Source of the DNA: Myxococcota bacterium
GTDB lineage: Bacteria; Myxococcota_A; SURF-8
DNA: 64,000 nt
Assembly: GCA_965140415.1 (NCBI GenBank)
Contig: OZ223209.1
Coordinates: 4,576,001-4,640,000, forward strand
Direction of reading: 5' to 3'
The notes under the pieces were generated by a model. That model was not told the origin of the DNA and made no database searches. It saw only the letters and a program-made list of their open reading frames with translations. The position numbers and the translations under genes were made by a program. Below, piece after piece: positions 1-9,933 of this stretch (position 1 is its first letter; every line of letters starts with the position of its first letter).

Positions 1-686
1 ACATCCATCATCTCCTCGGTGATGCGCTCGTCTAATTCTTCCTCGGAGATGTATTCGTATTCGCCGTTTTCATCGATCTCGTTGTACTCGTCCGCACGTT
101 CTTGTTGGTATTGCGACGGAAAACCGTCTGCGCGGTGACCGAAATGATTCATGCCAGTAAGCAGATCGATGTGATCGAAGGCTGCCTTTCGGATGCGGGC
201 GCTTAATCCCGCCTTGCCCCAGGTCGCGACATACACCTGCTTGCCGATGGCGCGCACGCCTTCAACCGCCGGCGTGTGATCCGCGTCGCCACTCATCAGC
301 ACCAGAATGTCGAAAGCATTGACTGCCGCCAGCCGCAGCATATCAGCCACCATGGTGGTGTCGACTTCCTTTTCCTCGGTGAAGCGGTTCGTGCTGCCGC
401 AACTGTTGCAGTTGTAAATGTGGGTTTTTCTGGGGAAGCGCTTGACGAAATATCCCGGTTGCAATTCCAGCATATCAAGGAAATTGGACAGCTTGCTCTG
501 TCCTTCGTTTCGAGTGACGCTACCGGATTCGACACCGGTGTAATAGTAAGCGCCCCACAAGTGGGAGCCTTCCACCCGCTCGACGATCCAGTCGCTCATT
601 TTGTTAAAGTCGATGATATGATTGGGGGCCTGGTCTTTAAGTCCGGAATAAAAATTCTTCCCATCAAAAAACAATGCTACTCTCAT
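1..686 (-). CDS. NYN (LabA/DUF88, PIN-like) domain protein, partial (runs off window start)
   Basis: Manual translation from ATG at 686: MRVALFFDGKNFY...EEKEVDTTMVADML...LVLMSGDADHTPAVEGVRAIGKQVYV. It carries the NYN motifs DxxN, EKxVD and SGDxD. Absent from the ORF track because no stop lies in the window. Confidence 0.85.
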   Translation of the reverse strand, partial: MRVALFFDGKNFYSGLKDQAPNHIIDFNKMSDWIVERVEGSHLWGAYYYTGVESGSVTRNEGQSKLSNFLDMLELQPGYFVKRFPRKTHIYNCNSCGSTNRFTEEKEVDTTMVADMLRLAAVNAFDILVLMSGDADHTPAVEGVRAIGKQVYVATWGKAGLSARIRKAAFDHIDLLTGMNHFGHRADGFPSQYQQERADEYNEIDENGEYEYISEEELDERITEEMMD

Positions 687-780
687 GATAACCTCAATAT
701 TTGGATTGAATTAAAGAACGTTTGTGTAAACACACTACAAAAACCAGATAGCCGTACCATACCGATAGTGGTACGTAGGG

Positions 781-2913
781 TCAAGGCAATTCAACGTTTG
801 CCCGTCGATCTTTCTTGTCTTGCAATGGATGTTTTTGCTTGAGTCGTTGTGCGATCGCCTGCTGCAATTCATCCAGCTGTTTCAGTCGCTCATCGTTCGT
901 ACTGATGCGGCCATAGCGTAGCGGTTCAAAGCATAACCGCCACTGTTGAAGTAGCGATGCCGACTGCGGGAAACGATGCTGAGCCAGGCTGAGCCATTCT
1001 CCCGCCGTTTGTCCGGGGGCATGTGGCAGCCCTTTTTTCTTCAGTAATTTTGCAAGGGTTTGAAAGCGTTTGGACAGCGCCGCTTCCTGAGATGATTTCT
1101 GTTTCGAGTTTTTAAAACGTTGCAACAAGTCTCCACGATTCAACCAGAGCAGAGGCAGTAGAACGAGCAGCAATAAAGACGCCAGCAATTCCTTGTGCTC
1201 GGAGAACCAGCGTTTGATCGATTCGCTGGAGGTCTGATGGATGGAGATTTCGGAGCTGTTGAGAAACGCGACCTGGTCGCGCACGGTGAAAGCGATCACG
1301 TAGCGTTGCCAGCGAAAAGCCAATGAATCGGCAAAGCGCGAAAAACGCGACCAGATGTCCTGGGCATAGGTTTCCCAACCCGCCGCCGGGGTGGGGTCGA
1401 AGCGCTGCCATTTATCATCGATGCGGGCTTCCACCCAGGCGTGAGCGTCGGATTGGCGCACGATGAAGTAATCCTCGTTGTCGTTGTATTCGCCCTCCTG
1501 AAAGCCGGTTACCAGTCGAGAGTGAATCCCTTGCGTGCGCAGCATGACCGTCATGGCGCTGGCGAAATATTCGCAGTGACCGGAACGGGTTTCGAAAAGA
1601 AACTGGGCCAGGGGATCGCTGCTAGGCAGTCGGTCCGGGTTCAGGCTATAGGAATAGTCGTTACGCAGGTGCGCCTCGATGCGTTGTGCAATCTGCAACG
1701 GCGTTTGGGCGTTGCCCGCTACGCGCCGTGCCAGTTCGGGGATACGCGGGTCCAGATTGCCGGGCAATTGCAGAAACGCCGCCATTTCCTGCGCATCGAG
1801 TAACAGGGGGCTGGTCGGCTGGCTCCAGACCGTGTAGCGCTGGAGATTTCTGGCATGGCGCGGAAAGGTCACCGCGTCGTTGGCGCGCAGGGTCAGCATG
1901 TGAACATTGGCCTGTACGCGGCCCACGAAGTCCGCATGCAGTAAGTAGCGTGCCTCCAGATCGTCCAGGTACATGGTTTGTTTGAACATGCGCTCCGGCG
2001 GCAGGTTGCTGATGGCGAAGGTGTGACGTCGACGGTTGGGGGCAATGCGGATCGAGTCCATGCGTTTGGCCCGCCAGCGCATCCCCTCGAAGGTATCCAT
2101 TACCGCTCCGCGCCAGTAATAGGGACGTGGCGGACTGGGGCCTTCGGTTTTGACGCGCAACACCACGGCGTGGTTCAGCTTGATTTCGCCCATTTCCCCG
2201 ATATTGACTTCATTGGAAAATCCGCTGAAACGTTTTTGTATGCCAAAGGAAAAACTGGCCAACGCGGTTCCCGGTCGCGGCAGCACGAAAAAGCCGAGAA
2301 AGGTCAACAGGACCAGAATCGGTATGCTGATTAATAGAAATGCGGCGAAACGCGGACGCAGAATGGCTTTTTCGGTTTTTTGCAGCAAGACCGGATACTG
2401 TGGTCGATCCAGAATGCGTGCCCGGAAGGAGAGCAGCATCAAGGTCCACATCGCTAAAAACAGGTAGCTCGCCAGAAACAGCCCGAAAGACAATTCGAAA
2501 TTGACGACCGTACCGTAGATGATCTGGGAGAACGCCAACGCCAGTACCTGTAAGTAATCGCGAGGCGTTTTGGCGGTAAAATACTTGATCAGTGGTAGTA
2601 GCAGCAGGATAAAGTTCAGTGCATCCAGGAAAAAAAGCTGGCGTGTAAAGGTCAGTACGAAGCCGCCCATCACCAGCACGAATGTCAAGAATGTCCACCA
2701 TGATGTCGGAAACAGTATCGGTGCAGGTCGGAAGAAGGTAATGTAGCCGATGACCAGGGCCACCAATAACGGCAACCCCCAGATGGGGGGGTAGATCGCA
2801 GCGGCGAAAAGCATGCCATAGCCGTTGATGACCGCCAGGGTCAGCGCCAGCCTCAAATGGGCGTCCAGCCGGGAGGCGGGCCGGGGCAAACTAGCGGATG
2901 CGGTAGTCGCCAT
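781..2913 (-). CDS. Membrane transglutaminase-like protein (TgpA/DUF3488 family)
   Basis: N-terminal multi-TM region, YWRG motif, catalytic triad motifs [16 protein letters not shown] and FDPTP. Confidence 0.9.
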   Translation of the reverse strand: MATTASASLPRPASRLDAHLRLALTLAVINGYGMLFAAAIYPPIWGLPLLVALVIGYITFFRPAPILFPTSWWTFLTFVLVMGGFVLTFTRQLFFLDALNFILLLLPLIKYFTAKTPRDYLQVLALAFSQIIYGTVVNFELSFGLFLASYLFLAMWTLMLLSFRARILDRPQYPVLLQKTEKAILRPRFAAFLLISIPILVLLTFLGFFVLPRPGTALASFSFGIQKRFSGFSNEVNIGEMGEIKLNHAVVLRVKTEGPSPPRPYYWRGAVMDTFEGMRWRAKRMDSIRIAPNRRRHTFAISNLPPERMFKQTMYLDDLEARYLLHADFVGRVQANVHMLTLRANDAVTFPRHARNLQRYTVWSQPTSPLLLDAQEMAAFLQLPGNLDPRIPELARRVAGNAQTPLQIAQRIEAHLRNDYSYSLNPDRLPSSDPLAQFLFETRSGHCEYFASAMTVMLRTQGIHSRLVTGFQEGEYNDNEDYFIVRQSDAHAWVEARIDDKWQRFDPTPAAGWETYAQDIWSRFSRFADSLAFRWQRYVIAFTVRDQVAFLNSSEISIHQTSSESIKRWFSEHKELLASLLLLVLLPLLWLNRGDLLQRFKNSKQKSSQEAALSKRFQTLAKLLKKKGLPHAPGQTAGEWLSLAQHRFPQSASLLQQWRLCFEPLRYGRISTNDERLKQLDELQQAIAQRLKQKHPLQDKKDRRANVELP

Positions 2914-3952
2914 TGGCGTACACCTCCAGAATGCGCTCGGCTTTGTCGGGCCGGGTCGGGGTTACAGGGGCGCTATAGCGCGCCAGCCAACTCAACGCCT
3001 GGCGCAGGTGGCCGGGCCTGTGATCGTAATGTTCAAGACTCAAGCTTCCAGCCAGATAAAAGGGCAGGCGGTGAGTGTAGAGCCAGAGTAGCAGAGAGGC
3101 GGCGGTTTCCAGGCCGCGCTCATGGTTTTTGCCCCCCTGCGGATCGAAGAGCACCGCTACGCGGCGGGAGTCGTTTTCTTCATACTCCTTTACGAAGAGT
3201 TCATCGAGATAGGCGCTTTTCTTCCAGTCGATGCGCCGCAAGGGGTCGCCCTTGTTGTATTCACGCACGCAGCAGATGGCGTCGCCTTCGCCGCGTCGAT
3301 CGCTCTGTTCGCCTTCCCCGGCGGCAAAGAGATCCTGAATTTCCAGCGACACATCCACCAATGCCGGATATACCAGCACGCGCTGCTCGGGAGCCACTTC
3401 GCGCGTTTTGGAAAACAGCAGAAACGGGTACTGCGTTTCCAGCTTGAATGAGGGCAGCCACTGTTCCCCGCGTTTTAACAAGCGTGCGCGTGTAAGTTGC
3501 GTATCTCGTCCCCCAGCCGGTAAATGCACCATGAAGGGTTGCTCGTCCGCTTCGAACAGGGCCGCATCACGCAGGCCGAAGGCGTAAGCGCCGATACGCT
3601 TGGCGCGATTGAGAAAGGTCAAGGTCAGGGGGAAAGGACGCTTCGCGAACAGATCCGGGGGAAAGTCGCGCTGCACGTCGATATCGCCCAGACTCGCTTC
3701 GGAAAGCAGACCGGAAAAGATCATCATCACCAGCATGGCCGAAAAGAGCAGAAATAGCAGGTTGTTATTGGTGGTGTAGGCAAAGGCCACGATTAGCAGC
3801 ATGAAACCGAAATAGATCCACCCCGCTTTGGTGGGAATCAGTTTTCTGGGTGGTGTGAAAAGCAAGCGCAGAACGCCAGAAACGCCATGCTCCTCGTAGG
3901 CGCGCTGGTAGCGACGTCGCCGTTTTTCTTTTCGCTCTTGCCGCCGGGTCAT
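2891..3952 (-). CDS. DUF58 domain protein
   Basis: [19 protein letters not shown]...FVKEYE motif; lies between MoxR and transglutaminase genes. Confidence 0.9.
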   Translation of the reverse strand: MTRRQERKEKRRRRYQRAYEEHGVSGVLRLLFTPPRKLIPTKAGWIYFGFMLLIVAFAYTTNNNLLFLLFSAMLVMMIFSGLLSEASLGDIDVQRDFPPDLFAKRPFPLTLTFLNRAKRIGAYAFGLRDAALFEADEQPFMVHLPAGGRDTQLTRARLLKRGEQWLPSFKLETQYPFLLFSKTREVAPEQRVLVYPALVDVSLEIQDLFAAGEGEQSDRRGEGDAICCVREYNKGDPLRRIDWKKSAYLDELFVKEYEENDSRRVAVLFDPQGGKNHERGLETAASLLLWLYTHRLPFYLAGSLSLEHYDHRPGHLRQALSWLARYSAPVTPTRPDKAERILEVYANGDYRIR

Positions 3953-3961
3953 GCCACGGCC

Positions 3962-4942
3962 TTAAACCGGAACGGGGACGGTGTCTAGCAGTTCCGACAG
4001 GATCGCCTCGGCGCTGGTGCGACTGCCGCCGGGTCCGTGACCGTTGTCGGCGGGAATGAGGCGATGCACCCAGACGGGCTTTGCCAGTTGCTTCAGATCG
4101 TCGGGCCGGACGAAGTCGCGCCCTTTGAAGAACGCCAGCGCCTGAGCGGCGTGCTTTAAAGCCAATGAGCCGCGCGGCGATACCGCCAGCGAAATGCGCT
4201 TGTCCTGGCGCGTGGCATTGGCGAGGCGGATCAGGTAGTCCGTGACGCTGTCTTCCACGTGAATCTGTAATACTTCCGAGCGCATGGCGGCGACATCGGA
4301 GCCGCTGAGCACCGGGGGCAGATCGTTGGCGGAGAGAGTGGACAGGTTGCGCTGCAAAATGTCTTTTTCCGCCTGCGCGTCCGGATAGCCGAGCTGCGTA
4401 CAGAGCAGGAAGCGGTCCAACTGGCTTTCCGGCAGCGGAAAGGTTCCATGATGCTCCACGGGGTTTTGTGTGGCGACGACGATAAAGGGATCGGGCAGCG
4501 TAAATGTGCGATTTTCCACCGTTACTCGCCGTTCGGTCATGGCCTCCAATAGCGCCGACTGCGTTTTGGGCGAGGTGCGGTTGATCTCGTCCGCCAGCAC
4601 GACTCCCGCAAAGATCGGCCCCTTAACAAAGCGAAAACGCTCCGTTTTTCGGGAGTACATCACCATTCCCAGAATGTCCGCCGGGATGGTGTCGTTGGTG
4701 AACTGGATGCGCCGGAAGGGCGCGTCGATGGAGCGCGCCAGTGCCAGCGCCAGCAGCGTTTTTCCCATGCCTGGAATGTCTTCCAAAAGCAGATGTCCAC
4801 CGGCAAGCAAGCTGACGATTGCCAGTTCAACGGTGCTGTCTTTTCCGCGCACGATGGAGGTCACATTCGTAAAAAGAGCGTCTAGTTTTTGCTGTGAACC
4901 GGAGTGGTCGCGTTTCGCCTGTAAAGCCATTGTCTCTCCCAT
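3962..4942 (-). CDS. MoxR-family AAA+ ATPase
   Basis: GHLLLEDIPGMGKT (Walker A), LADEINRTSPKTQSALLEAM, ATQNPVEHHGTFPLPESQLDRF. Confidence 0.95.
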   Translation of the reverse strand: MGETMALQAKRDHSGSQQKLDALFTNVTSIVRGKDSTVELAIVSLLAGGHLLLEDIPGMGKTLLALALARSIDAPFRRIQFTNDTIPADILGMVMYSRKTERFRFVKGPIFAGVVLADEINRTSPKTQSALLEAMTERRVTVENRTFTLPDPFIVVATQNPVEHHGTFPLPESQLDRFLLCTQLGYPDAQAEKDILQRNLSTLSANDLPPVLSGSDVAAMRSEVLQIHVEDSVTDYLIRLANATRQDKRISLAVSPRGSLALKHAAQALAFFKGRDFVRPDDLKQLAKPVWVHRLIPADNGHGPGGSRTSAEAILSELLDTVPVPV

Positions 4943-5059
4943 AACGTGGGTTGTCCTTGCATACTAGAACCGCTTTGGACGCAAAAGCATTCCAAAAAGT
5001 GAACGGCTTAGTTTCTCTTTTTTCCGTTCACGGGTCAAGTTTCTTTTGATTTCAGGTGG

Positions 5060-6112
5060 TTAGGAGTTTGTTTGATGGCGCTTGCGGATACGTTGCAAGG
5101 CCCATTGCAGGTGACGGCTCACCATCTCGTCCGTTTCCGATTCCACTACTTCTTCAAGTATGGGAAGCAGTGTTTCGTTACCGACATTGCCAGCCGCGAT
5201 TGCGGCGTTTCTTGCCAGACCCGCGCGTTTTGGACGCATGGCCGCCGTTCCCGAAAAACGCTCCCGAAAGCCTGGTTCGTCCAGTTTGAGAATCTCGGCC
5301 AGAGCCGGAAATTGGGGTATCCGTATTTTCAGGAAATCCGGTTCACTTGTGCTTTTGGCTTTTTGATTGTAGGGACAAACCATCTGGCAGGCATCGCAGC
5401 CCAGAACCCAGCGTCCCATACGTTCCTGTAATTCTTCAGGTATTTCACCTTTGTGCTCTACCGTCAGATAGCTGATGCAGCGGCGGGAGTCGAGTTGGTT
5501 CGCAGCGACAAGCGCCTGGGTCGGGCAGGCGTTCAGGCAGCGGCGGCAGTCGCCGCAGTCGCCGGGAAGCGGCGCGTCGGGTGGCAGCGGGAAGGTCGTT
5601 AGAATCACCGCTAAAAAGAGATAGGAGCCGTACTCGGGATGAATCAGGCAGTTGTTTTTTCCAATAAATCCCAAGCCTGCCGCCTGGGCGTAAGCGCGCT
5701 CCAAAACCGGGCCGTAATCGACGTAGCTTTTCGGACTGTCGCCCTGCTCGCGCAGCCAATTCACGAGTTTTTTCAAACGTTTCTCGAAGATGCGGTGGTA
5801 GTCGCGCCCGGTGGCGTAGCGACTGACGCGCCCGTGGTTCTCAAAAGCGTGTTTCTGTTGTGAGCTTGCTTGGGAGTATGGCAGTCCGAGTACGATGACC
5901 GCTTGGACATTGGGCAGCACCGCCCGGATGCCGTCCGTCAGATCGCGTCGCCGGGTGAGGTAGTCCATTTCGGCGTGATATCCCGCCTCGATCCAGGTTT
6001 GCACCCGCGTGAGATGCGCCGGGTCCAACTCGGGCAGGGCGACTCCCAGTAAAGGAAAGCCAAGCTTATGGGCTCGGGTTCTCAGTTCGGATTTGATGGC
6101 GTTCATCGTCAT
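5060..6112 (-). CDS. queG: Epoxyqueuosine reductase
   Basis: SRYATGRDYH, VDYGPVLER, GLGFIGKN, CGDCRRCLNACPT, RCISYLT, GCDACQMVCPYN. Confidence 0.95.
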   Translation of the reverse strand: MTMNAIKSELRTRAHKLGFPLLGVALPELDPAHLTRVQTWIEAGYHAEMDYLTRRRDLTDGIRAVLPNVQAVIVLGLPYSQASSQQKHAFENHGRVSRYATGRDYHRIFEKRLKKLVNWLREQGDSPKSYVDYGPVLERAYAQAAGLGFIGKNNCLIHPEYGSYLFLAVILTTFPLPPDAPLPGDCGDCRRCLNACPTQALVAANQLDSRRCISYLTVEHKGEIPEELQERMGRWVLGCDACQMVCPYNQKAKSTSEPDFLKIRIPQFPALAEILKLDEPGFRERFSGTAAMRPKRAGLARNAAIAAGNVGNETLLPILEEVVESETDEMVSRHLQWALQRIRKRHQTNS

Positions 6113-6209
6113 GTCGGCATGCTAAGACGCCGCCGGGAGGAAGTCAAGAAAGTGGAAAAATCAGAAATGGGGGGATTGGCAAATCCCGTTGAAGTTAACA
6201 GTCGAAGTA

Positions 6210-6236
6210 GTAGGCCGGACAGATTTTCTGTCCGAC
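6210..6236 (+). repeat. GTAG-type REP-like palindrome
   Basis: GTAGGCCGGACAGATTTTCTGTCCGAC; near-identical to the copy at 55701-55731. Confidence 0.7.
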
Positions 6237-6303
6237 AATTTACTCTTGATGTTCAATTGCTACAAATAATACAATCCTCACATGAAGGATCTAAGACGGG
6301 CGG

Positions 6304-7015
6304 GTGGCCGTGACAAGCCCTGAGCATTGAAAACACGACCGGGTGGCATGGGCTAAGCGCAGCTTGCCCATGTTTCCTTAATGCTGTATTATTACCAATC
6401 TATGGAACACTATAAACGAAATAATACCCATTTCAACGATCCTGGTCACGTTCATGAGCTTACATTCTCTTGCTATCATCACTGGCCTTTATTGCAAAAG
6501 GATCGCCCGAAACTGTGGCTTTGTAATGCCGTAAATAATGCAAGTAAAGCACTGGACTATTCTGTTTGGGCCTACGTCGTTATGCCGGAACACGTTCACA
6601 TTTTAGTCTTTCCCAAAAACGAAAAATAGGACATTTCTCAATTCCTGAAAAGAGTTGAACAGTCTGTATCAAGACGGTCGAAAAATTGGCTTGAACAAAA
6701 TGACAGGAAGTGGCTCGAAAAGCTGACCATCACCGGAGCGAATGGAAAAAGAGTCTTTCGATTTTGGCAAGCAGGCGGAGGATATGATAGAAATATAACA
6801 AGTGAAACCACCTTGTGGAAGACCATCGAATATATCCATGCCAATCCCGTTCGTCGTGGTCTGGTTGATGAAACAATAGATTGGAAATGGTCGAGTGCTT
6901 TGGACTATGAAAATAGAGGTGAGGGTCCAATTCTTGTCAACAGGATTGTGCCATGATACACGGGCAAGCTCCGTTTCACTCCGCTTGGCCACCTGCCACC
7001 CTTTGTCACGACCAC
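6304..7015. mobile_element. RAYT locus with imperfect inverted flanking repeats
   Basis: Left flank GTGGCCGTGACAA...GGGTGGCATGGGCTAAGCGCAGCTTGCCCATGT matches the reverse complement of the right flank (GTGGTCGTGACAAAGGGTGGCAGGTGGCCAAGCG...AGCTTGCCCGTGT). Confidence 0.65.
6402..6956 (+). pseudogene. REP-associated tyrosine transposase (Y1/HUH, IS200-like) with in-frame TAG at 6627-6629
   Basis: HELTFSCY, AYVVMPEHVHIL (HUH), then TAG. The same frame continues with FWQAGGGYDRNI, EYIHANPVRRGLV and WKWSSA to TGA at 6954-6956. Confidence 0.85.
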
Positions 7016-7135
7016 TTACCAACCTACCCATTCTTACATAAAACGGTCGGTTCCAACTACCCTCCCCTACCCCCATAAACGACCGAGGGGGCACGGAAAC
7101 CCGCGCCCCCATTCGGTGCGATCTTGTTCTCGATT

Positions 7136-9793
7136 CTATTTCGATCCACCGGCCAGCGCCGCCAGCTCTTCGAAAGAAGCCGCTGCATGGTTCGCATCGG
7201 GCAGGCCGGGGGCTTCATAACCGTCGTCATTCAGATCGACGAAAATCGGGTTGGTGATAGTCAGCACCGGCTGTCCCGGCGATACCGGCGCAAGCCGCTT
7301 CAAAGGCGCTCCGGCCAGCACCACGAACCAGCTATCCTTGTCCACCGTGAGGCTAAAGGAAGCATCGTAGCGCACCACGGCGTCCTGCAACTGATCCGCT
7401 TCGACCGTGGCGACGATGTCCCCGTTCACGACGACCCTGATCCAGTCCACCGGCATCCAGCTTGGAGCCTGCACCTTGACGTGCAACTCCACGTTGCCGT
7501 TGCCACCCAATTCCGCCGTATCACCGATTTTGGCATCCCCGATCGTCGCCGTCACAAACGGTCCGCTGGCCGCCTGCACGCGCAGATTCTTGATGGCGTC
7601 CACGAACATCTCTTCGGTCACGAGCGAAGGATCGTCTTCTTCCGTGCGGATGAAGCTGCGGGCATCGCCCGGACAATCGTTGGTGTGGCAGTCGGAAACG
7701 GCGGTTCCGGCTTTATGAACGCCCTGATTGAAAAAGCTGAACCAGTCGGCGAGCGTGGCGGTTAGGGCGTCGTCTACATCGCCTGCGTTGATCAGTTCGA
7801 TGGCGTCCCAGTTCAGATCGAAATCCCCTTCTTCGAACGAATCCAAACCGACCAGCGGATCGTACTTGAAGGTATTCAGAAACCCCTGCGAATTGGAGCG
7901 CGGGTGGTTGATCTGAACGATTCCGGCGTCGTATTCCTCGCGCAGTTGCGCCCAGATATCGGGATAGGGAGGATTATCTTTCAGGGTGCAACTCGTATCG
8001 TCATAGTCGCCGTACCACTGCACGCCAAAATAGGTATTGCGATCCTCGCGCAGGCTCAGCGGAAATCCGTTCGTATGCGCCGCCACGGGTGAAACCTCAT
8101 CCCCTGCAATCAGGGTGATGAATTCCCGCAGCCCGAGACCGTCCACGTAAGGATCGAGATCCGAAACCACGTCGTGATCGGTAATGGGACTGCGCTCCAG
8201 ACCGACCGCCGCCATTTGAATGATGCGCTGCTCTACCGCCACCACCGCATCGATGCTGCGCTCGGTATGCATGTGCAGATCGCCCGCCACCCAGCCAGTG
8301 GTATCCACCGAACGTTGCAGGCTGCAATCTACATTGTAGGTATCACCAGCGGCGATGCTCGCGCTTTCCCGGCAGACTTCATATTCGTAACCGCGACTGA
8401 CGGTGATGGTGTAGTCGCCCGGCTCTATCAGGAAGCTGCCTTCGCCGCTGGCCGTGTACACACGCCGCCGTATCGACGCTGCAATGTCGGCATCCAGGCC
8501 GCTTTGCAGGGAAATGCGGGCCGGAAGGCGATCTTTCACGCTGCCGTCGAAGTGATCGCCACCGACGATAAACGAAACTCGTCCGGTAGCCGGTACGCTA
8601 AGCGCCGCTTGGGCAGGCTCTTCCGCTGCAACCGTTATGCTCTGGGAGTCCTCCGTCCACACGCGCCCTTTCCCGCCGATACGTAGCGTGTAGGTTCCGG
8701 CAGGCAGACTCAGCGTATTTTCACCGACAACGGCGTGGGCGAATCCGGCGGTCTTGCCATTGGCGTCGACGGCTTCCAGATCGAAGACCTCCTCTGCGTC
8801 GGCTTCATCGGCCACAGCGACCGTCACCGTAATGTCGCCTAAAGAACTTTCGCGCAACTCGGAATACGTCTTATAGATATCGGACACCGTTTCCGCCACA
8901 ATGAAATAGCGGGTGTACGAGCGGGTCTGCCCTGCGGCGACGTGGTCCTCGCCGAACCCCATATAGGGTAGAATGTCCGCCAGATCGGTAGCGATGGACA
9001 ACGCACCGTCTTTCGCCATGAAACCGTAGGCGATGCTCTTTCCATTGTTGTCCTCTTCAGTGGAAACGGCGATCTGCAAATCGAATTCGCCGAAACTCGC
9101 CAGGCCACTGACTCCCCAGCCGAAACCGGGAGTGAGGATGCTCAGGCGATTGCTCCACACGATGCCGTCGCCCATGGCGATATCGCTTTTCACCTCGGGA
9201 TGGACGGTGGTGGTGATTTCAATGTAATTCGCGCCCGGCACCAGCACGTAATCCAACGTAACCGCCATTTGATCGCAGCTAAGCGGCAGGGCGAAATCGA
9301 CAATAGGAATTCCCGCTACGATACCGGTGGCGCGCACATGGGCCTTCTCACCGCTCTGGCCGTCGTCTACGATCTCCACTTTTTCGGGCTTGAACGACTT
9401 AATGAAGGTCGTGATGGGTGAAATCTCGTCGAGCATGTCGTAGCCGTCGCCCTCGCGCAGGATATCGGCATCGATCACCGAGCCGCCGTAGGGCACCCAA
9501 CTGCGGGCGGGACCGGCACCCTGCACGATAAAACGGATCTTGTCGTTTCTAAGCAGAAAATCCCCAACGCGCCCGCCTGCGTCCGGTCCACCGATGAGCT
9601 CCTGCTCGTCGCTCACTTCCACCGCCAACAGATCGCGCTCGATAAGTTCGCCATCTTCCTCAGCATTTTCGGACAGTTCGGAGTCCCCATCCACGCTGTC
9701 GCCATCGGTGCTGGACGGGTTGTCCTCGGAAGAACAAGAGAACATGAACAGGATAATGGAAAGCACAGCCACCATTGGGAATGTTAATTTCAT
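7136..9793 (-). CDS. Lipoprotein with CehA/McbA-like PHP metallohydrolase domain
   Basis: Lipobox FMFSC after MKLTF start with upstream RBS; GDLHMH, ITDHD, INHP and SDCH metal-binding motifs; GDFLLRNDKIRF N-terminal motif. Confidence 0.75.
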   Translation of the reverse strand: MKLTFPMVAVLSIILFMFSCSSEDNPSSTDGDSVDGDSELSENAEEDGELIERDLLAVEVSDEQELIGGPDAGGRVGDFLLRNDKIRFIVQGAGPARSWVPYGGSVIDADILREGDGYDMLDEISPITTFIKSFKPEKVEIVDDGQSGEKAHVRATGIVAGIPIVDFALPLSCDQMAVTLDYVLVPGANYIEITTTVHPEVKSDIAMGDGIVWSNRLSILTPGFGWGVSGLASFGEFDLQIAVSTEEDNNGKSIAYGFMAKDGALSIATDLADILPYMGFGEDHVAAGQTRSYTRYFIVAETVSDIYKTYSELRESSLGDITVTVAVADEADAEEVFDLEAVDANGKTAGFAHAVVGENTLSLPAGTYTLRIGGKGRVWTEDSQSITVAAEEPAQAALSVPATGRVSFIVGGDHFDGSVKDRLPARISLQSGLDADIAASIRRRVYTASGEGSFLIEPGDYTITVSRGYEYEVCRESASIAAGDTYNVDCSLQRSVDTTGWVAGDLHMHTERSIDAVVAVEQRIIQMAAVGLERSPITDHDVVSDLDPYVDGLGLREFITLIAGDEVSPVAAHTNGFPLSLREDRNTYFGVQWYGDYDDTSCTLKDNPPYPDIWAQLREEYDAGIVQINHPRSNSQGFLNTFKYDPLVGLDSFEEGDFDLNWDAIELINAGDVDDALTATLADWFSFFNQGVHKAGTAVSDCHTNDCPGDARSFIRTEEDDPSLVTEEMFVDAIKNLRVQAASGPFVTATIGDAKIGDTAELGGNGNVELHVKVQAPSWMPVDWIRVVVNGDIVATVEADQLQDAVVRYDASFSLTVDKDSWFVVLAGAPLKRLAPVSPGQPVLTITNPIFVDLNDDGYEAPGLPDANHAAASFEELAALAGGSK

Positions 9794-9933
9794 GTTAGAA
9801 TCCTCCTTCCCGAGTGTCCTAAACCGATGCGCGGGAGAAGTCAAGAAGGAAACGGTTCGAGATCTTTCTATTTCTTGACTTCTGAGAGTAAGTATTCTAT
9901 GAGATTAAAAATTAAACAAAAAAGGGCTATCTC

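Noticed and set aside
276-842. Plus-strand 188-aa ORF
   Set aside because: Antisense shadow of the NYN-domain gene.
781-4942. MoxR-DUF58-transglutaminase trio as a novel system
   Set aside because: This is a known arrangement, as in the Pseudomonas aeruginosa tgpA operon.
6627-6629. Pyrrolysine or recoded amber in the RAYT
   Set aside because: TAG acts as a normal stop for other genes here (for example those ending at 29454, 32802 and 51358), and no pyl genes are seen. A nonsense mutation is simpler.
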